A DNA stretch of 32,000 nucleotides. It comes from Synechococcus sp. A15-28. GTDB lineage: Bacteria > Cyanobacteriota > Cyanobacteriia > PCC-6307 > Cyanobiaceae. The stretch lies in assembly GCF_014280175.1 (NCBI RefSeq), contig NZ_CP047931.1, positions 1,920,001 to 1,952,000 on the forward strand. The letters are read 5' to 3'. Made by a program: the position numbers and the translations under genes. Shown piece after piece: positions 7,344 to 18,964 of this stretch. The notes below the pieces were generated by a model that saw only the letters and a list, made by a program, of their open reading frames with translations, did no database searches and had not been told where the DNA came from. Each line of letters starts with the position of its first letter. Positions within the stretch are counted from its first letter, which is position 1.

Positions 7344-10300
7344 TCAGGCCGCCACTGCTTGCTGGTCCACCAGCCCCATCGCTGCCCGCTCACTGGGCGG
7401 GATCAGCACCTTGAAGCGACCCTTCGCCGCAGCCCAGTCGGCCAACAACGCTGACGCCTTGCTGCTGCCGGTGGCTGCAACATGGGCTTCCAGCAATGCT
7501 TTGAGCGTGGTTTCCTGCTGCTGGGTGGTGAGGCTGCACACCTCCACGATCTCCGGATTCACCCGTGGGGCGACACGGTCGTTCTCATCCAGCAGGAAGG
7601 TGACACCACCGGTCATGCCGGCCCCCACGTTGCGGCCGGTGCTGCCCAGCACCACCACCACGCCGCCGGTCATGTACTCGCAGCAATGGTCGCCGGCCCC
7701 TTCAACCACAGTCCGGGCCCCGCTGTTGCGCACGCCGAAGCGCTCACCGGCGCGACCGAGGGCGTAGAGCTCACCGCCGGTGGCGCCGTAGAGGCAGGTG
7801 TTGCCAAGGATCACCTGATCGCCGGGATTGGCGCAGCCATCGGCAGGCACAAGGGTGATGCGGCCACTGTTCATGCCCTTGCCCACGTAATCGTTGGCTT
7901 CGCCCTCAAGTCGCACATTCATGCCCTGCACCAGGAAGGCGCCGAAGCTCTGGCCGGCAGCACCCTTGTAGGTGAGATCCAGCTGGCCGTTGAAGCCGCG
8001 GTTGCCGTGGCGCTGGGCAATCTCACCGGCCAGGCGGGCCCCCACGCTGCGATCGGTGTTGACGATCGCGATCGTGCGGCTGAGGGAACCATGGCTCTCC
8101 AGCGCAGCCATCAGTGCGGCGTCGGCCAGCAGTTGGTCCTCAAGGATCGGGCCGTTGCCGTGGGCTTCGGCGCTGTGGCGCAACCAGGAGCGGTCGTCTG
8201 CGCCCTGGATGGGTGCCAGCAGGCTGGAGAGATCCACGCCCTGGGTTTTGGCCAGCTGCACCGCACGGGGTTGCAGCAGGTCGCTGCGGCCGATCAGGTC
8301 CTCGAGTTTGGCGACGCCGAGCAGGCTGAGCAGCTGGCGCACCTCCTCCGCCACGTACCAGAAGAAATTCACCACGTGCTCGGGTACGCCGGTGAAGCGC
8401 TTGCGCAGCGCCTCCTTCTGGGTGGCCACACCCACCGGGCAGTTATTGGTGTGGCAGACGCGGGCCATGATGCAGCCCTCGGCGATCATCGCCACCGAGC
8501 CGAAGCCGTACTCCTCCGCGCCGAGCAGGGCCGCGATCACCACATCCCAACCGGTCTTGAGGCCGCCATCGGCCCGCAGCAGCACCCGATCGCGCAAACC
8601 GTTCTCCACCAGGCTGCGGTGCACCTCGGTGAGCCCCAGCTCCCAGGGGCTGCCGGCGTGTTTGATCGAACTCAACGGCGACGCACCGGTGCCACCGTCG
8701 TGGCCGGAGATCTGAATCACATCGGCGTTGGCCTTGGCCACACCGGCAGCGATGGTGCCGATGCCGATCTCGGCCACCAGCTTCACGCTCACCGGCGCCT
8801 TGGGGTGCACCTGATGCAGATCGTGGATCAGCTGAGCCAGATCCTCGATTGAGTAGATGTCGTGGTGGGGCGGCGGCGAGATCAGTGCCACGCCGGGTTT
8901 GCTGTTACGCAGCCAGGCGATGTACTCATCCACCTTCGGGCCGGGCAGCTGGCCGCCCTCTCCGGGCTTGGCCCCCTGGGCCACCTTGATCTCTAGCTGT
9001 TTGCCGCTGCGCAGGTATTCGGCCGTGACACCGAACCGTCCGGACGCGATCTGCTTGATCGCCGAACAGGCGGTGTCGCCATTGCGGAGTCCGCCGATGC
9101 TGGGGAAGGCCTGCGAGCGGCCTTCAGCGTCCACGTCGTGGAGCACCTGGAAACGGGCCGGATCCTCGCCGCCTTCGCCGCTGTTGCTCTTGCCGCCGAT
9201 GCGGTTCATCGCCACCGCCAGCACTTCGTGGGCCTCCCGCGAGAGGGCACCAAGGCTCATGCCACCGGTGCAGAACCGCTTGCAGAGGCTTTCCGCGCTC
9301 TCCACCTGATCCAGGGGCAGCGGCGTCGGGGCCAGCTTGAACTCCAGCAGATCCCTCAGGGCTGTGACCGGCCGGTTCTCCAGCAGGGTTTTGTAGGTGG
9401 AAAAGTGGTCGTACCCCGGCCCGGTCTTCACCGCCGCATGCAGGGCCTTGGCCATGTCTGGACTGTTTAGGTGGTACTCGCCACCGGTGCGGTACTGCAC
9501 AAAGCCCATGAACTCCAGCTTGCTGCGGTTGAGCTCCGGGAACGCCTTGGCATGCAGCGACAGGGTTTCATTGGCCAGCTCCGCCAGGGTCATGCCCGCC
9601 ACACGGCTGGTGGTGCCGGTGAAAGCGGTGTCGATCACATCGGCGCCAAGCCCGATCGCTTCGAAGATCTGAGCGCCGTGGTAGCTGGCCAGCAGCGAGA
9701 TACCGATCTTGGAGAGGATCTTGCGCAGGCCGTTCTCCAGGGAGACGCGCACGTTGGCCTGCACCTTTTCGGCATCGAGGGGGGGCAGCTTGCCCTGCTC
9801 GATGCGCTTCTGGGTTTTGGGGTGAGCAAGCCAGTGGCGGGTGGTCTCCCAGGTGAGCCAGGGGCAGACGGCACTGGCGCCATAGCCGATCAGGCAGGCC
9901 ATGTGGTGGGTGCTCCAGCACTGGGCGGTGTCGACCACCAGGGAGCAGCGCAGACGCAGCTTCTGCCGCAGCAGATGGTGATGGACGGCACCGACGGAGA
10001 GCAATGGCGGCATCGCCACGCTGGTGGCCGTCAATGGGGCAGCGGCACCGGCGGAATCAACGCGATCGGACAGCACCAGCACCTGGGCGCCGCCGCGCAC
10101 GGCCTCCTCGGCCGCCTGGCAGAGCGCATCAAGGGCTGAACTGAGGCCACCGGCACAGGCCTCAACCGCTACCTGGGTGGACAGGGTCGCCACAGGGAGC
10201 CCCTGCTGGCTGATCGCCGCCAGCTCGGCTTCATTCAGCACCGGGGTGTCCAGATGAATCACCGCGGCCGCTTCGGCCTGGGGCTTGAGGGCAGGCCTGC

Positions 10301-11945
10301 GCTCACCCAGATGCATCTCCAGGCTCATCACCAGCTTTTCACGCAGGGGGTCGATCGGCGGGTTGGTGACCTGGGCGAAGCGCTGCTTGAAGTAGTCGTA
10401 GAGCAGGTGGGGCTTGTCGGAGAGCACCGCCAGGGGGATGTCATCCCCCATGCAATAGGTGGGCTCCTTGCCCAGTCCGGCCATGTCCTCGATCACCAGA
10501 TCGAAGTCTTCCGCCGTGAAGCCCATGGCGGTCTGCAGCCGCAGCAGGTCCAGTTCGCCGATCTGACGCTCCTGCGTCCAGGGCTGAGCCGCCACGCCGC
10601 GGCGGTGCTGCCGCAGCCAGTCGCCATAGGGGAAGCGTCCGGCAGCGTCCTCCTTCACGGTCCAGTTCTCCAGCAGCTGACCGTTCTCCAGATCCACGGC
10701 CACCATCTGTCCGGGGCCGAGGCGGCCCTTCTGAACAACGGTCTTGCCGCTGAGATCCACCACACCGGTTTCCGATCCCATGATCACGAAACCGTCGGCG
10801 GTGGTGCACCAGCGGGCGGGGCGAAGACCGTTGCGATCGAGGGTGGCGCCGACCCGTTTGCCGTCGGCGAACACCAGCAGGGCAGGGCCGTCCCACGGCT
10901 CCTGGATGCCGGCATTGAATTCGTACATCGCCGTCACCTCAGGACGATCCTCCAGATCCGGCTGGTTGCGGAAGGCCTCCGGCACCAGGGTGATCAGGCT
11001 GTCGGTGATCGAGCGACCGCTGCGCACCATCAGCTCCAGCGTGGCGTCGAGGTTGGCCGAGTCGCTGAAGGCCGGGTTGACCGCCGGGTTGAGCTCAGCG
11101 GCCGACTCTCCCCAGACCTCCGAGAGACTGGCTTCGGTCGCCTTGGCCCAGTTGAGGTTGCCCAGCAGCGTGTTGATCTCACCGTTGTGGCCAAGCAGCC
11201 GCATCGGCTGCGCCAGGGGCCAGCGGGGCAGGGTGTTGGTGCTGAAGCGCCGGTGATACACCGCGAAGCTCACCTCAAAGCGGGGATCGCGCAGATCGGC
11301 GTAGTACTGGGCCAGCACCTCGGAGCGCACCATCCCCTTGTAAACAACGGTGCGGCTGCTCAGGGACGCCACATAAAGATCCAGCGACCCCTCAAAACCC
11401 CAGGCCTTGCGGGCACGGGCGCCGATCCGCCGGCGCAGGCGCAGCAACAGCGCCTCGAAGGCCTCGCCATCGGGACCACCGGCGAGGCTCCACTGCTCGA
11501 TCACCGGGGCGGTCTCCCGGGCCATGGGCCCCAGCACGGACGCATCCACCGGAACCACCCGCCAACCGGCGGAGGTCAGCCCGAGGGCCTCGGCCTCCTC
11601 GTTGCAGAACTGGCGCGCCAGTTCCCGCCGCTCCGGGTCCTGCGGCATGAACATCATCCCGAGACCCCGGGCTGCCGCGGCCTCAGGCCAGACCGCCTTC
11701 AGATACGACCAGGGGATCTCGCACAGCACACCGGCGCCATCACCGGAATCGCCATCACCACCACAGCCACCGCGGTGCTCCATGCAACCGAGACCGCGCA
11801 AGGCCTGCTGCAGCACCCAGTGACTGGTCTGACCCGACAGCTGCGCCAGGAAACCCACACCGCAGGCATCTTTCTCTCCGGCCACGGCCTCAGGCGCAGC
11901 ACTGTCGCTGTAGGGCCAGACGGTGGGTCGGGTGAGATCTGCCAT
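7344..11945 (-). CDS. glsF: Ferredoxin-dependent glutamate synthase (Fd-GOGAT)
   Basis: 1533 aa. N-terminal amidotransferase (CGVGFLA after the propeptide), FMN/Fe-S central domains and a C-terminal GXGXG-type domain. The length and single-subunit architecture match cyanobacterial GlsF. Confidence 0.95.
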   Translation of the reverse strand: MADLTRPTVWPYSDSAAPEAVAGEKDACGVGFLAQLSGQTSHWVLQQALRGLGCMEHRGGCGGDGDSGDGAGVLCEIPWSYLKAVWPEAAAARGLGMMFMPQDPERRELARQFCNEEAEALGLTSAGWRVVPVDASVLGPMARETAPVIEQWSLAGGPDGEAFEALLLRLRRRIGARARKAWGFEGSLDLYVASLSSRTVVYKGMVRSEVLAQYYADLRDPRFEVSFAVYHRRFSTNTLPRWPLAQPMRLLGHNGEINTLLGNLNWAKATEASLSEVWGESAAELNPAVNPAFSDSANLDATLELMVRSGRSITDSLITLVPEAFRNQPDLEDRPEVTAMYEFNAGIQEPWDGPALLVFADGKRVGATLDRNGLRPARWCTTADGFVIMGSETGVVDLSGKTVVQKGRLGPGQMVAVDLENGQLLENWTVKEDAAGRFPYGDWLRQHRRGVAAQPWTQERQIGELDLLRLQTAMGFTAEDFDLVIEDMAGLGKEPTYCMGDDIPLAVLSDKPHLLYDYFKQRFAQVTNPPIDPLREKLVMSLEMHLGERRPALKPQAEAAAVIHLDTPVLNEAELAAISQQGLPVATLSTQVAVEACAGGLSSALDALCQAAEEAVRGGAQVLVLSDRVDSAGAAAPLTATSVAMPPLLSVGAVHHHLLRQKLRLRCSLVVDTAQCWSTHHMACLIGYGASAVCPWLTWETTRHWLAHPKTQKRIEQGKLPPLDAEKVQANVRVSLENGLRKILSKIGISLLASYHGAQIFEAIGLGADVIDTAFTGTTSRVAGMTLAELANETLSLHAKAFPELNRSKLEFMGFVQYRTGGEYHLNSPDMAKALHAAVKTGPGYDHFSTYKTLLENRPVTALRDLLEFKLAPTPLPLDQVESAESLCKRFCTGGMSLGALSREAHEVLAVAMNRIGGKSNSGEGGEDPARFQVLHDVDAEGRSQAFPSIGGLRNGDTACSAIKQIASGRFGVTAEYLRSGKQLEIKVAQGAKPGEGGQLPGPKVDEYIAWLRNSKPGVALISPPPHHDIYSIEDLAQLIHDLHQVHPKAPVSVKLVAEIGIGTIAAGVAKANADVIQISGHDGGTGASPLSSIKHAGSPWELGLTEVHRSLVENGLRDRVLLRADGGLKTGWDVVIAALLGAEEYGFGSVAMIAEGCIMARVCHTNNCPVGVATQKEALRKRFTGVPEHVVNFFWYVAEEVRQLLSLLGVAKLEDLIGRSDLLQPRAVQLAKTQGVDLSSLLAPIQGADDRSWLRHSAEAHGNGPILEDQLLADAALMAALESHGSLSRTIAIVNTDRSVGARLAGEIAQRHGNRGFNGQLDLTYKGAAGQSFGAFLVQGMNVRLEGEANDYVGKGMNSGRITLVPADGCANPGDQVILGNTCLYGATGGELYALGRAGERFGVRNSGARTVVEGAGDHCCEYMTGGVVVVLGSTGRNVGAGMTGGVTFLLDENDRVAPRVNPEIVEVCSLTTQQQETTLKALLEAHVAATGSSKASALLADWAAAKGRFKVLIPPSERAAMGLVDQQAVAA

Positions 11946-12046
11946 GAAAGTTCAGCCGGGCGTTTGCATGGCTCGCAGCGTCGTGCTCTGCAGGAACCAC
12001 GTCATTTGACGATCCTAGGCAGGCGCCCTGCCCGGATCGCCCACCG

Positions 12047-13717
12047 ATGCTTCCCTTCGCCCAGCTGCCGGAACCACTGCCGGAACTGCGACTGGCTCCA
12101 TCACAGCAGGGACAGCAGCTGCGGATCGATGGCGAGGAGCTGCGCAGCTCCTGGTCTTGGGAGGGGCTCAACCGGAGCCAGCCCGATCAGCTGTGGCTCC
12201 CCCTGGAGCTGTTGGAATCACGCCTCGGCTTCCGCCGTCGTGAAGGTCAACTGGAGTGGTTCGGCCGCCGGCAGCCCCTGGCTCAGCTGCCACAGCGCAC
12301 CCTGGGCGATGAGGTGGCCCTGGAGGTGGCCGACTGGCTGACCGGGATTGGGGTCAGCCTCCGTCTGGAAGGCCGGCAGCTGCAGTTGACCCTGCCTCCA
12401 GCTGCTCTGCAGGGCCTGCGACGCGGCAAGGGCAGCACCGCCGATCGCCTGGTGCTGGACCTCGATGGTCCAGCCCTGCTGCAGCGGGTGGGGGATGACC
12501 TGCACCTGGGCCTGCGCAGTACGGCATCCCAGCTCGAGGAACTGCAACGGCTTCAGCTCAACCCTCAGCAACGGTCTGACAGCCTCGTCCTGAAGGGACA
12601 GGCCACTCGACTGAGGACCCTGAGCCTGGCGACACCCTGGCGCGTGGTGCTGGATGGCATCAGGGCGAATGGGGCCACCCAGGCCGCGGCCCGGCTCCCC
12701 CTCAGCAACCCGGCTATCGCTCGCTGGCTGCGCCGGGGGCTGGTGCTCGAGGAGCGCACCGTCACCGTCGGAGTGAAACCGCTGCGGGTGTTCAGAAGCG
12801 GTGGCCAGCTGCAGCGCATTGGACTGACGCTGAAGCCGCTCACCATGATTGGACAGCAGCAGGGACTTCGCTTTCTGCCGCAGTTGTCCCAACCGCTTGA
12901 TGCGGTGGTCGCCATCAACGGAGGCTTTTTCAATCGCATCCTGCAGCTGCCCCTCGGCGCGTTGCGTCAACAGGGCGAATGGCTGTCGGGACCGATCCTC
13001 AACCGGGGCGTGATCGCTTGGAGCGACAACGATCCGCTCCAGTTCGGACGATTGCGGCTGGCTCAACAGCTGCGGGTGAACGGTGGGCGGCGCTGGAGGC
13101 TGAGCTTTCTCAACAGCGGTTATGTGCAGCGGGGACTCAGCCGCTACACGCGCGCCTGGGGGCCGATCTACCGCCCCCTCAGCGGTGAGGAGGAGGCAAT
13201 GCTGATCGAAGGGGGGCGCGTCACGCAGCGCTTTGATCGCACCAGCATCCGCCGCGGTGTGCTCATCCCTTCCAACGGCGACCTGGTGGTGGCCCGCGGT
13301 GGCACCCCCCTGCCGGCCGAACCCGGCGATGCGGTGATGTTGAGCCAGCGCAGCATTCCTGGACTGGGGGACGAGGCCAATGTGCTGGGGGGCGGACCAC
13401 TCTTATTGCAAGGGGGGAGGATCGTTTTGAACGGTCGCGGAGAAGGCTTCAGCCCAGGGTTCCTGACCCTTGCCGCACCCAGGACCGTGGTGGGCACAGG
13501 GAGAGGAGGCACGTGGCTGATGGCCCTGCGGGGTGCTGCAGGGAGCGATCCCACCCTGCTGGAAACAGCCCTGGCCGCTCAACAGCTCGGCTTGAGAGAC
13601 GCTCTGAACCTGGACGGCGGCAGCTCCACCACCGTCGTGGTGGCTGGACAAACGGTGGTAATTGGTCGCGGCAGTGCCCCGCGGGTTCACAACGGCCTTG
13701 GGTTTGTCCCCCTCTAG
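12047..13717 (+). CDS. Phosphodiester glycosidase family (DUF2233/NAGPA-like) protein
   Basis: C-terminal half has VVAINGGFFN ... GGGPLLLQGG ... DALNLDGGSSTT, typical of this family. The N-terminal 200 aa are Leu/Gln/Arg-rich, with an AMIN-like RLVLDLDGPA segment. Confidence 0.7.
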   Translation: MLPFAQLPEPLPELRLAPSQQGQQLRIDGEELRSSWSWEGLNRSQPDQLWLPLELLESRLGFRRREGQLEWFGRRQPLAQLPQRTLGDEVALEVADWLTGIGVSLRLEGRQLQLTLPPAALQGLRRGKGSTADRLVLDLDGPALLQRVGDDLHLGLRSTASQLEELQRLQLNPQQRSDSLVLKGQATRLRTLSLATPWRVVLDGIRANGATQAAARLPLSNPAIARWLRRGLVLEERTVTVGVKPLRVFRSGGQLQRIGLTLKPLTMIGQQQGLRFLPQLSQPLDAVVAINGGFFNRILQLPLGALRQQGEWLSGPILNRGVIAWSDNDPLQFGRLRLAQQLRVNGGRRWRLSFLNSGYVQRGLSRYTRAWGPIYRPLSGEEEAMLIEGGRVTQRFDRTSIRRGVLIPSNGDLVVARGGTPLPAEPGDAVMLSQRSIPGLGDEANVLGGGPLLLQGGRIVLNGRGEGFSPGFLTLAAPRTVVGTGRGGTWLMALRGAAGSDPTLLETALAAQQLGLRDALNLDGGSSTTVVVAGQTVVIGRGSAPRVHNGLGFVPL

Positions 13718-13756
13718 AGACCTGCCACACTGGATTTTTGAGCACATCACTCCTCC

Positions 13757-14083
13757 ATGGCCGCCAATCTGCGCCTGACGACGGCTGCCGCCGCCGAACT
13801 TGGTCGTCAGGCCGCTGTGGCGGGAACACCGGGACAGATGCATCTCGAACTGCTACCGGGCGATTGTGCGGATCACGTGATCCAGATCCGTCCAGGACAT
13901 TTCGCAGGGGTGGCCATCGCCAGGGCTAATGGCGTCACTCTCCATGCCCCCAAGACCCAGCTCAATCTGTTGCAGGGACTTTGCCTGGACTACCGCGGTG
14001 ACCTCAGCGGAGGCGGTTTCCTGATCCGCAGCGGCGAGGGAATCACCCCCTGTGCCTGCGGCAGTGCCTTCAGCCTGCGATAA
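13757..14083 (+). CDS. HesB/IscA-family Fe-S cluster assembly accessory protein
   Basis: 108 aa. An internal Cys (PGDCADHV) plus the C-terminal motif PCACGSAF resemble the IscA C...CGCG-SF signature. Confidence 0.65.
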   Translation: MAANLRLTTAAAAELGRQAAVAGTPGQMHLELLPGDCADHVIQIRPGHFAGVAIARANGVTLHAPKTQLNLLQGLCLDYRGDLSGGGFLIRSGEGITPCACGSAFSLR

Positions 14084-14156
14084 CCAGGGACCGTCAACCG
14101 GTATCGTGGCGGATTGTCGAATCTGGTCGGGGCGTCCGACCGCACACCGACCCTCG

Positions 14157-14531
14157 ATGCCAACCATCCAACAGCTGATCCGCACTGAGCGTTCACGCCT
14201 CAAGGCCAAGACGAAATCGCCGGCTTTGAAGTCCTGCCCGGAACGCCGCGGGGTCTGCACCCGTGTATACACCTCAACACCGAAGAAGCCCAACTCGGCG
14301 CTGCGCAAGGTGGCCCGTGTACGTCTCACCTCCGGCTTTGAGGTCACGGCCTACATCGGTGGCGTCGGTCACAACCTTCAGGAGCACTCCGTGGTGCTGA
14401 TCCGTGGTGGTCGTGTCAAGGACCTTCCGGGTGTCAGGTACCACATCATTCGCGGAACCCTGGACACCGCAGGTGTCAAGGACCGTCGCCAGTCCCGCTC
14501 GAAGTACGGCGCCAAGGCACCGAAGGAGTGA
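14157..14531 (+). CDS. rpsL: 30S ribosomal protein S12
   Basis: [39 protein letters not shown]... The track ORF starts at 14052, but the conserved S12 N-terminus begins at ATG 14157 (124 aa). Confidence 0.97.
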   Translation: MPTIQQLIRTERSRLKAKTKSPALKSCPERRGVCTRVYTSTPKKPNSALRKVARVRLTSGFEVTAYIGGVGHNLQEHSVVLIRGGRVKDLPGVRYHIIRGTLDTAGVKDRRQSRSKYGAKAPKE

Positions 14532-14584
14532 CCTCACGGTCCCCCGCACCCACAACGTTCTGATCCCCACTTCACCGACCCCCG

Positions 14585-15055
14585 ATGTCCCGCCGCAACG
14601 CCGCTGAAAAACGCCCGGTCCTTCCTGACCCGCAGTTCAACAGCCGTCTGGCCTCAATGATGGTGGCCCGGCTGATGCAACACGGCAAGAAGTCCACAGC
14701 GCAACGGATCCTGTCCGATGCCTTCGGTCTGATCAACGAGCGCACCGGCGGTGATCCCCTCGAGTTGTTCGAGACCGCTGTGAAGAACGCCACCCCCCTG
14801 GTTGAGGTGCGTGCCCGTCGCGTCGGTGGCGCCACTTACCAGGTTCCGATGGAAGTGCGTCAGGAACGTGGAACGGCCATGGCCCTGCGTTGGCTGGTGA
14901 GCTTCTCCCGCGCCCGCAACGGACGGAGCATGGCTCAGAAGCTTGCCGGCGAATTGATGGATGCCGCTAATGAAGCCGGCAACGCCGTCCGCAAGCGGGA
15001 AGAAACCCACAAGATGGCCGAAGCCAACAAGGCTTTCGCGCATTACCGCTATTGA
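14585..15055 (+). CDS. rpsG: 30S ribosomal protein S7
   Basis: [22 protein letters not shown]...[18 protein letters not shown], a canonical S7. Confidence 0.97.
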   Translation: MSRRNAAEKRPVLPDPQFNSRLASMMVARLMQHGKKSTAQRILSDAFGLINERTGGDPLELFETAVKNATPLVEVRARRVGGATYQVPMEVRQERGTAMALRWLVSFSRARNGRSMAQKLAGELMDAANEAGNAVRKREETHKMAEANKAFAHYRY

Positions 15056-15146
15056 TCTTGGGCCAGCCAGCCCGACACCTTCACGGTCCAAGGCTGGCCT
15101 GTAGAGTCTCACCCGCCTTTTCACGCCCCACCCCCGGAGAATTCCT

Positions 15147-17219
<2,073 letters not shown>

Positions 17220-17269
17220 TCCTGATCTCTAAACTCCTCTCACTCCAACCCTCGATTCTTTAACCACCA

Positions 17270-18469
17270 ATGGCACGCGAGAAGTTCGAAAGGAACAAGC
17301 CCCACGTCAACATCGGCACCATCGGCCACGTTGACCACGGCAAAACCACCCTGACCGCCGCGATCACCAACGTGCTCGCCAAGAAGGGGCAGGCTGAAAT
17401 TCAGAACTACGCCGACATCGACGGCGCCCCTGAAGAGCGCGAGCGCGGTATCACCATCAACACCGCTCACGTTGAGTACGAGACCGAGACCCGTCACTAC
17501 GCCCACGTGGACTGCCCCGGTCACGCGGACTACGTGAAGAACATGATCACCGGTGCCGCTCAAATGGATGGCGCAATCCTGGTGTGTGCTGCCACAGACG
17601 GCCCCATGGCTCAGACGAAGGAGCACATCCTTCTGGCCAAGCAGGTGGGCGTTCCTGCCCTGGTGGTTGCACTGAACAAGTGCGACATGGTCGATGACGA
17701 AGAGATCATCGAACTGGTGGAAATGGAGATCCGCGAGCTCCTTTCCGATTACGACTTCCCTGGTGATGACATCCCCGTTGTTCAGGTCTCCGGCCTGAAG
17801 GCCATCGAAGGCGAGGCTGACTGGGAAGCCAAGATCGAGGAACTGATGGCAGCTGTGGATGCCAGCATCCCCGAGCCTGAGCGTGAGGTTGACAAGCCGT
17901 TCTTGATGGCTGTGGAAGATGTCTTCTCCATCACCGGTCGTGGAACCGTGGCCACCGGCCGGATCGAGCGCGGCATCGTCAAAGTCGGCGAAGAGATCGA
18001 GATCGTCGGCATCAAAGACACCCGCAAGACCACCGTCACCGGTGTTGAAATGTTCCGCAAGCTGCTCGATGAGGGCATGGCTGGCGACAACGTCGGTCTG
18101 CTGCTGCGTGGCATCCAGAAAGAAGACATCGAGCGCGGCATGGTGCTGGTCAAGCCCGGTTCCATCACCCCTCACACCAAGTTCGAAGGTGAGGTGTACG
18201 TGCTGAAGAAGGAAGAAGGCGGCCGCCACACCCCCTTCTTCGCTGGCTATCGCCCGCAGTTCTACATCCGTACAACGGATGTGACCGGCCAGATCACCGC
18301 CTTCACTGCTGACGACGGCAGCGACGTTGAAATGGTGATGCCCGGTGACCGCATCAAGATGACCGGCGAACTGATCTGCCCCGTGGCCATCGAGCAGGGC
18401 ATGCGTTTCGCTATCCGCGAAGGCGGCCGCACCATCGGTGCTGGCGTGGTCTCCAAGATCATCGAGTGA
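17270..18469 (+). CDS. tuf: Elongation factor Tu
   Basis: [34 protein letters not shown]; 399 aa. Confidence 0.98.
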   Translation: MAREKFERNKPHVNIGTIGHVDHGKTTLTAAITNVLAKKGQAEIQNYADIDGAPEERERGITINTAHVEYETETRHYAHVDCPGHADYVKNMITGAAQMDGAILVCAATDGPMAQTKEHILLAKQVGVPALVVALNKCDMVDDEEIIELVEMEIRELLSDYDFPGDDIPVVQVSGLKAIEGEADWEAKIEELMAAVDASIPEPEREVDKPFLMAVEDVFSITGRGTVATGRIERGIVKVGEEIEIVGIKDTRKTTVTGVEMFRKLLDEGMAGDNVGLLLRGIQKEDIERGMVLVKPGSITPHTKFEGEVYVLKKEEGGRHTPFFAGYRPQFYIRTTDVTGQITAFTADDGSDVEMVMPGDRIKMTGELICPVAIEQGMRFAIREGGRTIGAGVVSKIIE

Positions 18470-18492
18470 TCAGCTGACGCTGCTCACTGATG

Positions 18493-18530
18493 GATGGGGG
18501 GATCATTCCCCCCATCTCTTACATTTGATT
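18493..18530 (+). terminator. Intrinsic terminator/attenuator between tuf and rpsJ
   Basis: Perfect 10-bp stem GATGGGGGGA (18493-18502) with TCCCCCCATC (18507-18516) and loop TCAT. It is followed by the T-rich tract TCTTACATTTGATTTG. It begins 24 nt after the tuf stop. Confidence 0.75.
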
Positions 18531-18587
18531 TGAACCTCGACAACTGAATCCAGGACGTCCTTCCGGACCCTGTACTCCCCCCTTCCT

Positions 18588-18908
18588 ATGTCCACTGCCA
18601 TCGCTCAGCAGAAGATCCGCATCCGCCTGAAGGCGTTTGACCGCCGCATGCTTGATCTCTCTTGCGACAAGATCATTGAAACCGCCGATCAGACCGCTGC
18701 CACAGCGATCGGCCCCATCCCCCTTCCCACAAGACGCAAGATCTACTGCGTGCTGCGCTCGCCCCACGTGGACAAGGACTCCCGAGAGCACTTCGAGACC
18801 CGGACCCATCGCCGGATCATCGACATCTACAGCCCATCGGCGAAGACCATCGATGCACTGATGAAGCTCGATCTCCCCAGTGGCGTCGACATTGAAGTCA
18901 AGCTCTGA
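18588..18908 (+). CDS. rpsJ: 30S ribosomal protein S10
   Basis: [26 protein letters not shown]...[25 protein letters not shown], a canonical S10. Confidence 0.97.
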   Translation: MSTAIAQQKIRIRLKAFDRRMLDLSCDKIIETADQTAATAIGPIPLPTRRKIYCVLRSPHVDKDSREHFETRTHRRIIDIYSPSAKTIDALMKLDLPSGVDIEVKL

Positions 18909-18920
18909 TCACTTCGCTCC

Positions 18921-18954
18921 GGAGGCTTGCTTCCTAGGATCAAGCCTCCTTTAG
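18921..18954 (+). terminator. Possible weak terminator hairpin after rpsJ
   Basis: 9-bp stem GGAGGCTTG (18921-18929) with CAAGCCTCC (18941-18949) and an 11-nt loop, followed only by TTTAG. The short T tract makes termination efficiency doubtful. Confidence 0.4.
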
Positions 18955-18964
18955 CGCGGCGTCT

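Noticed and set aside
7482-8852. 456-aa plus-strand ORF, plus the nested ORFs 7972..8715 and 8857..9309
   Set aside because: All are antisense to the strongly conserved glsF coding sequence, with junk-like composition.
11946-12046. Search for an NtcA box (GTA-N8-TAC) upstream of glsF
   Set aside because: I found no match on either strand in the 101-nt divergent region. Only the small GC hairpin reported separately is present.
10254-12341. 695-aa plus-strand ORF, the longest unexplained ORF in the track
   Set aside because: It is antisense to glsF, then runs through the glsF/12047 intergenic region and out of frame into the next gene. It is Arg/Gly/His/Pro-rich with no motifs, so it is a shadow ORF.
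14052-14156. N-terminal extensions in track ORFs: rpsL from 14052, clpS from 28458, dapL from 27386, DUF1997 from 21271
   Set aside because: In each case the conserved protein N-terminus begins at a downstream start (14157, 28734, 27461, 21406). The extension also overlaps the neighbouring gene.
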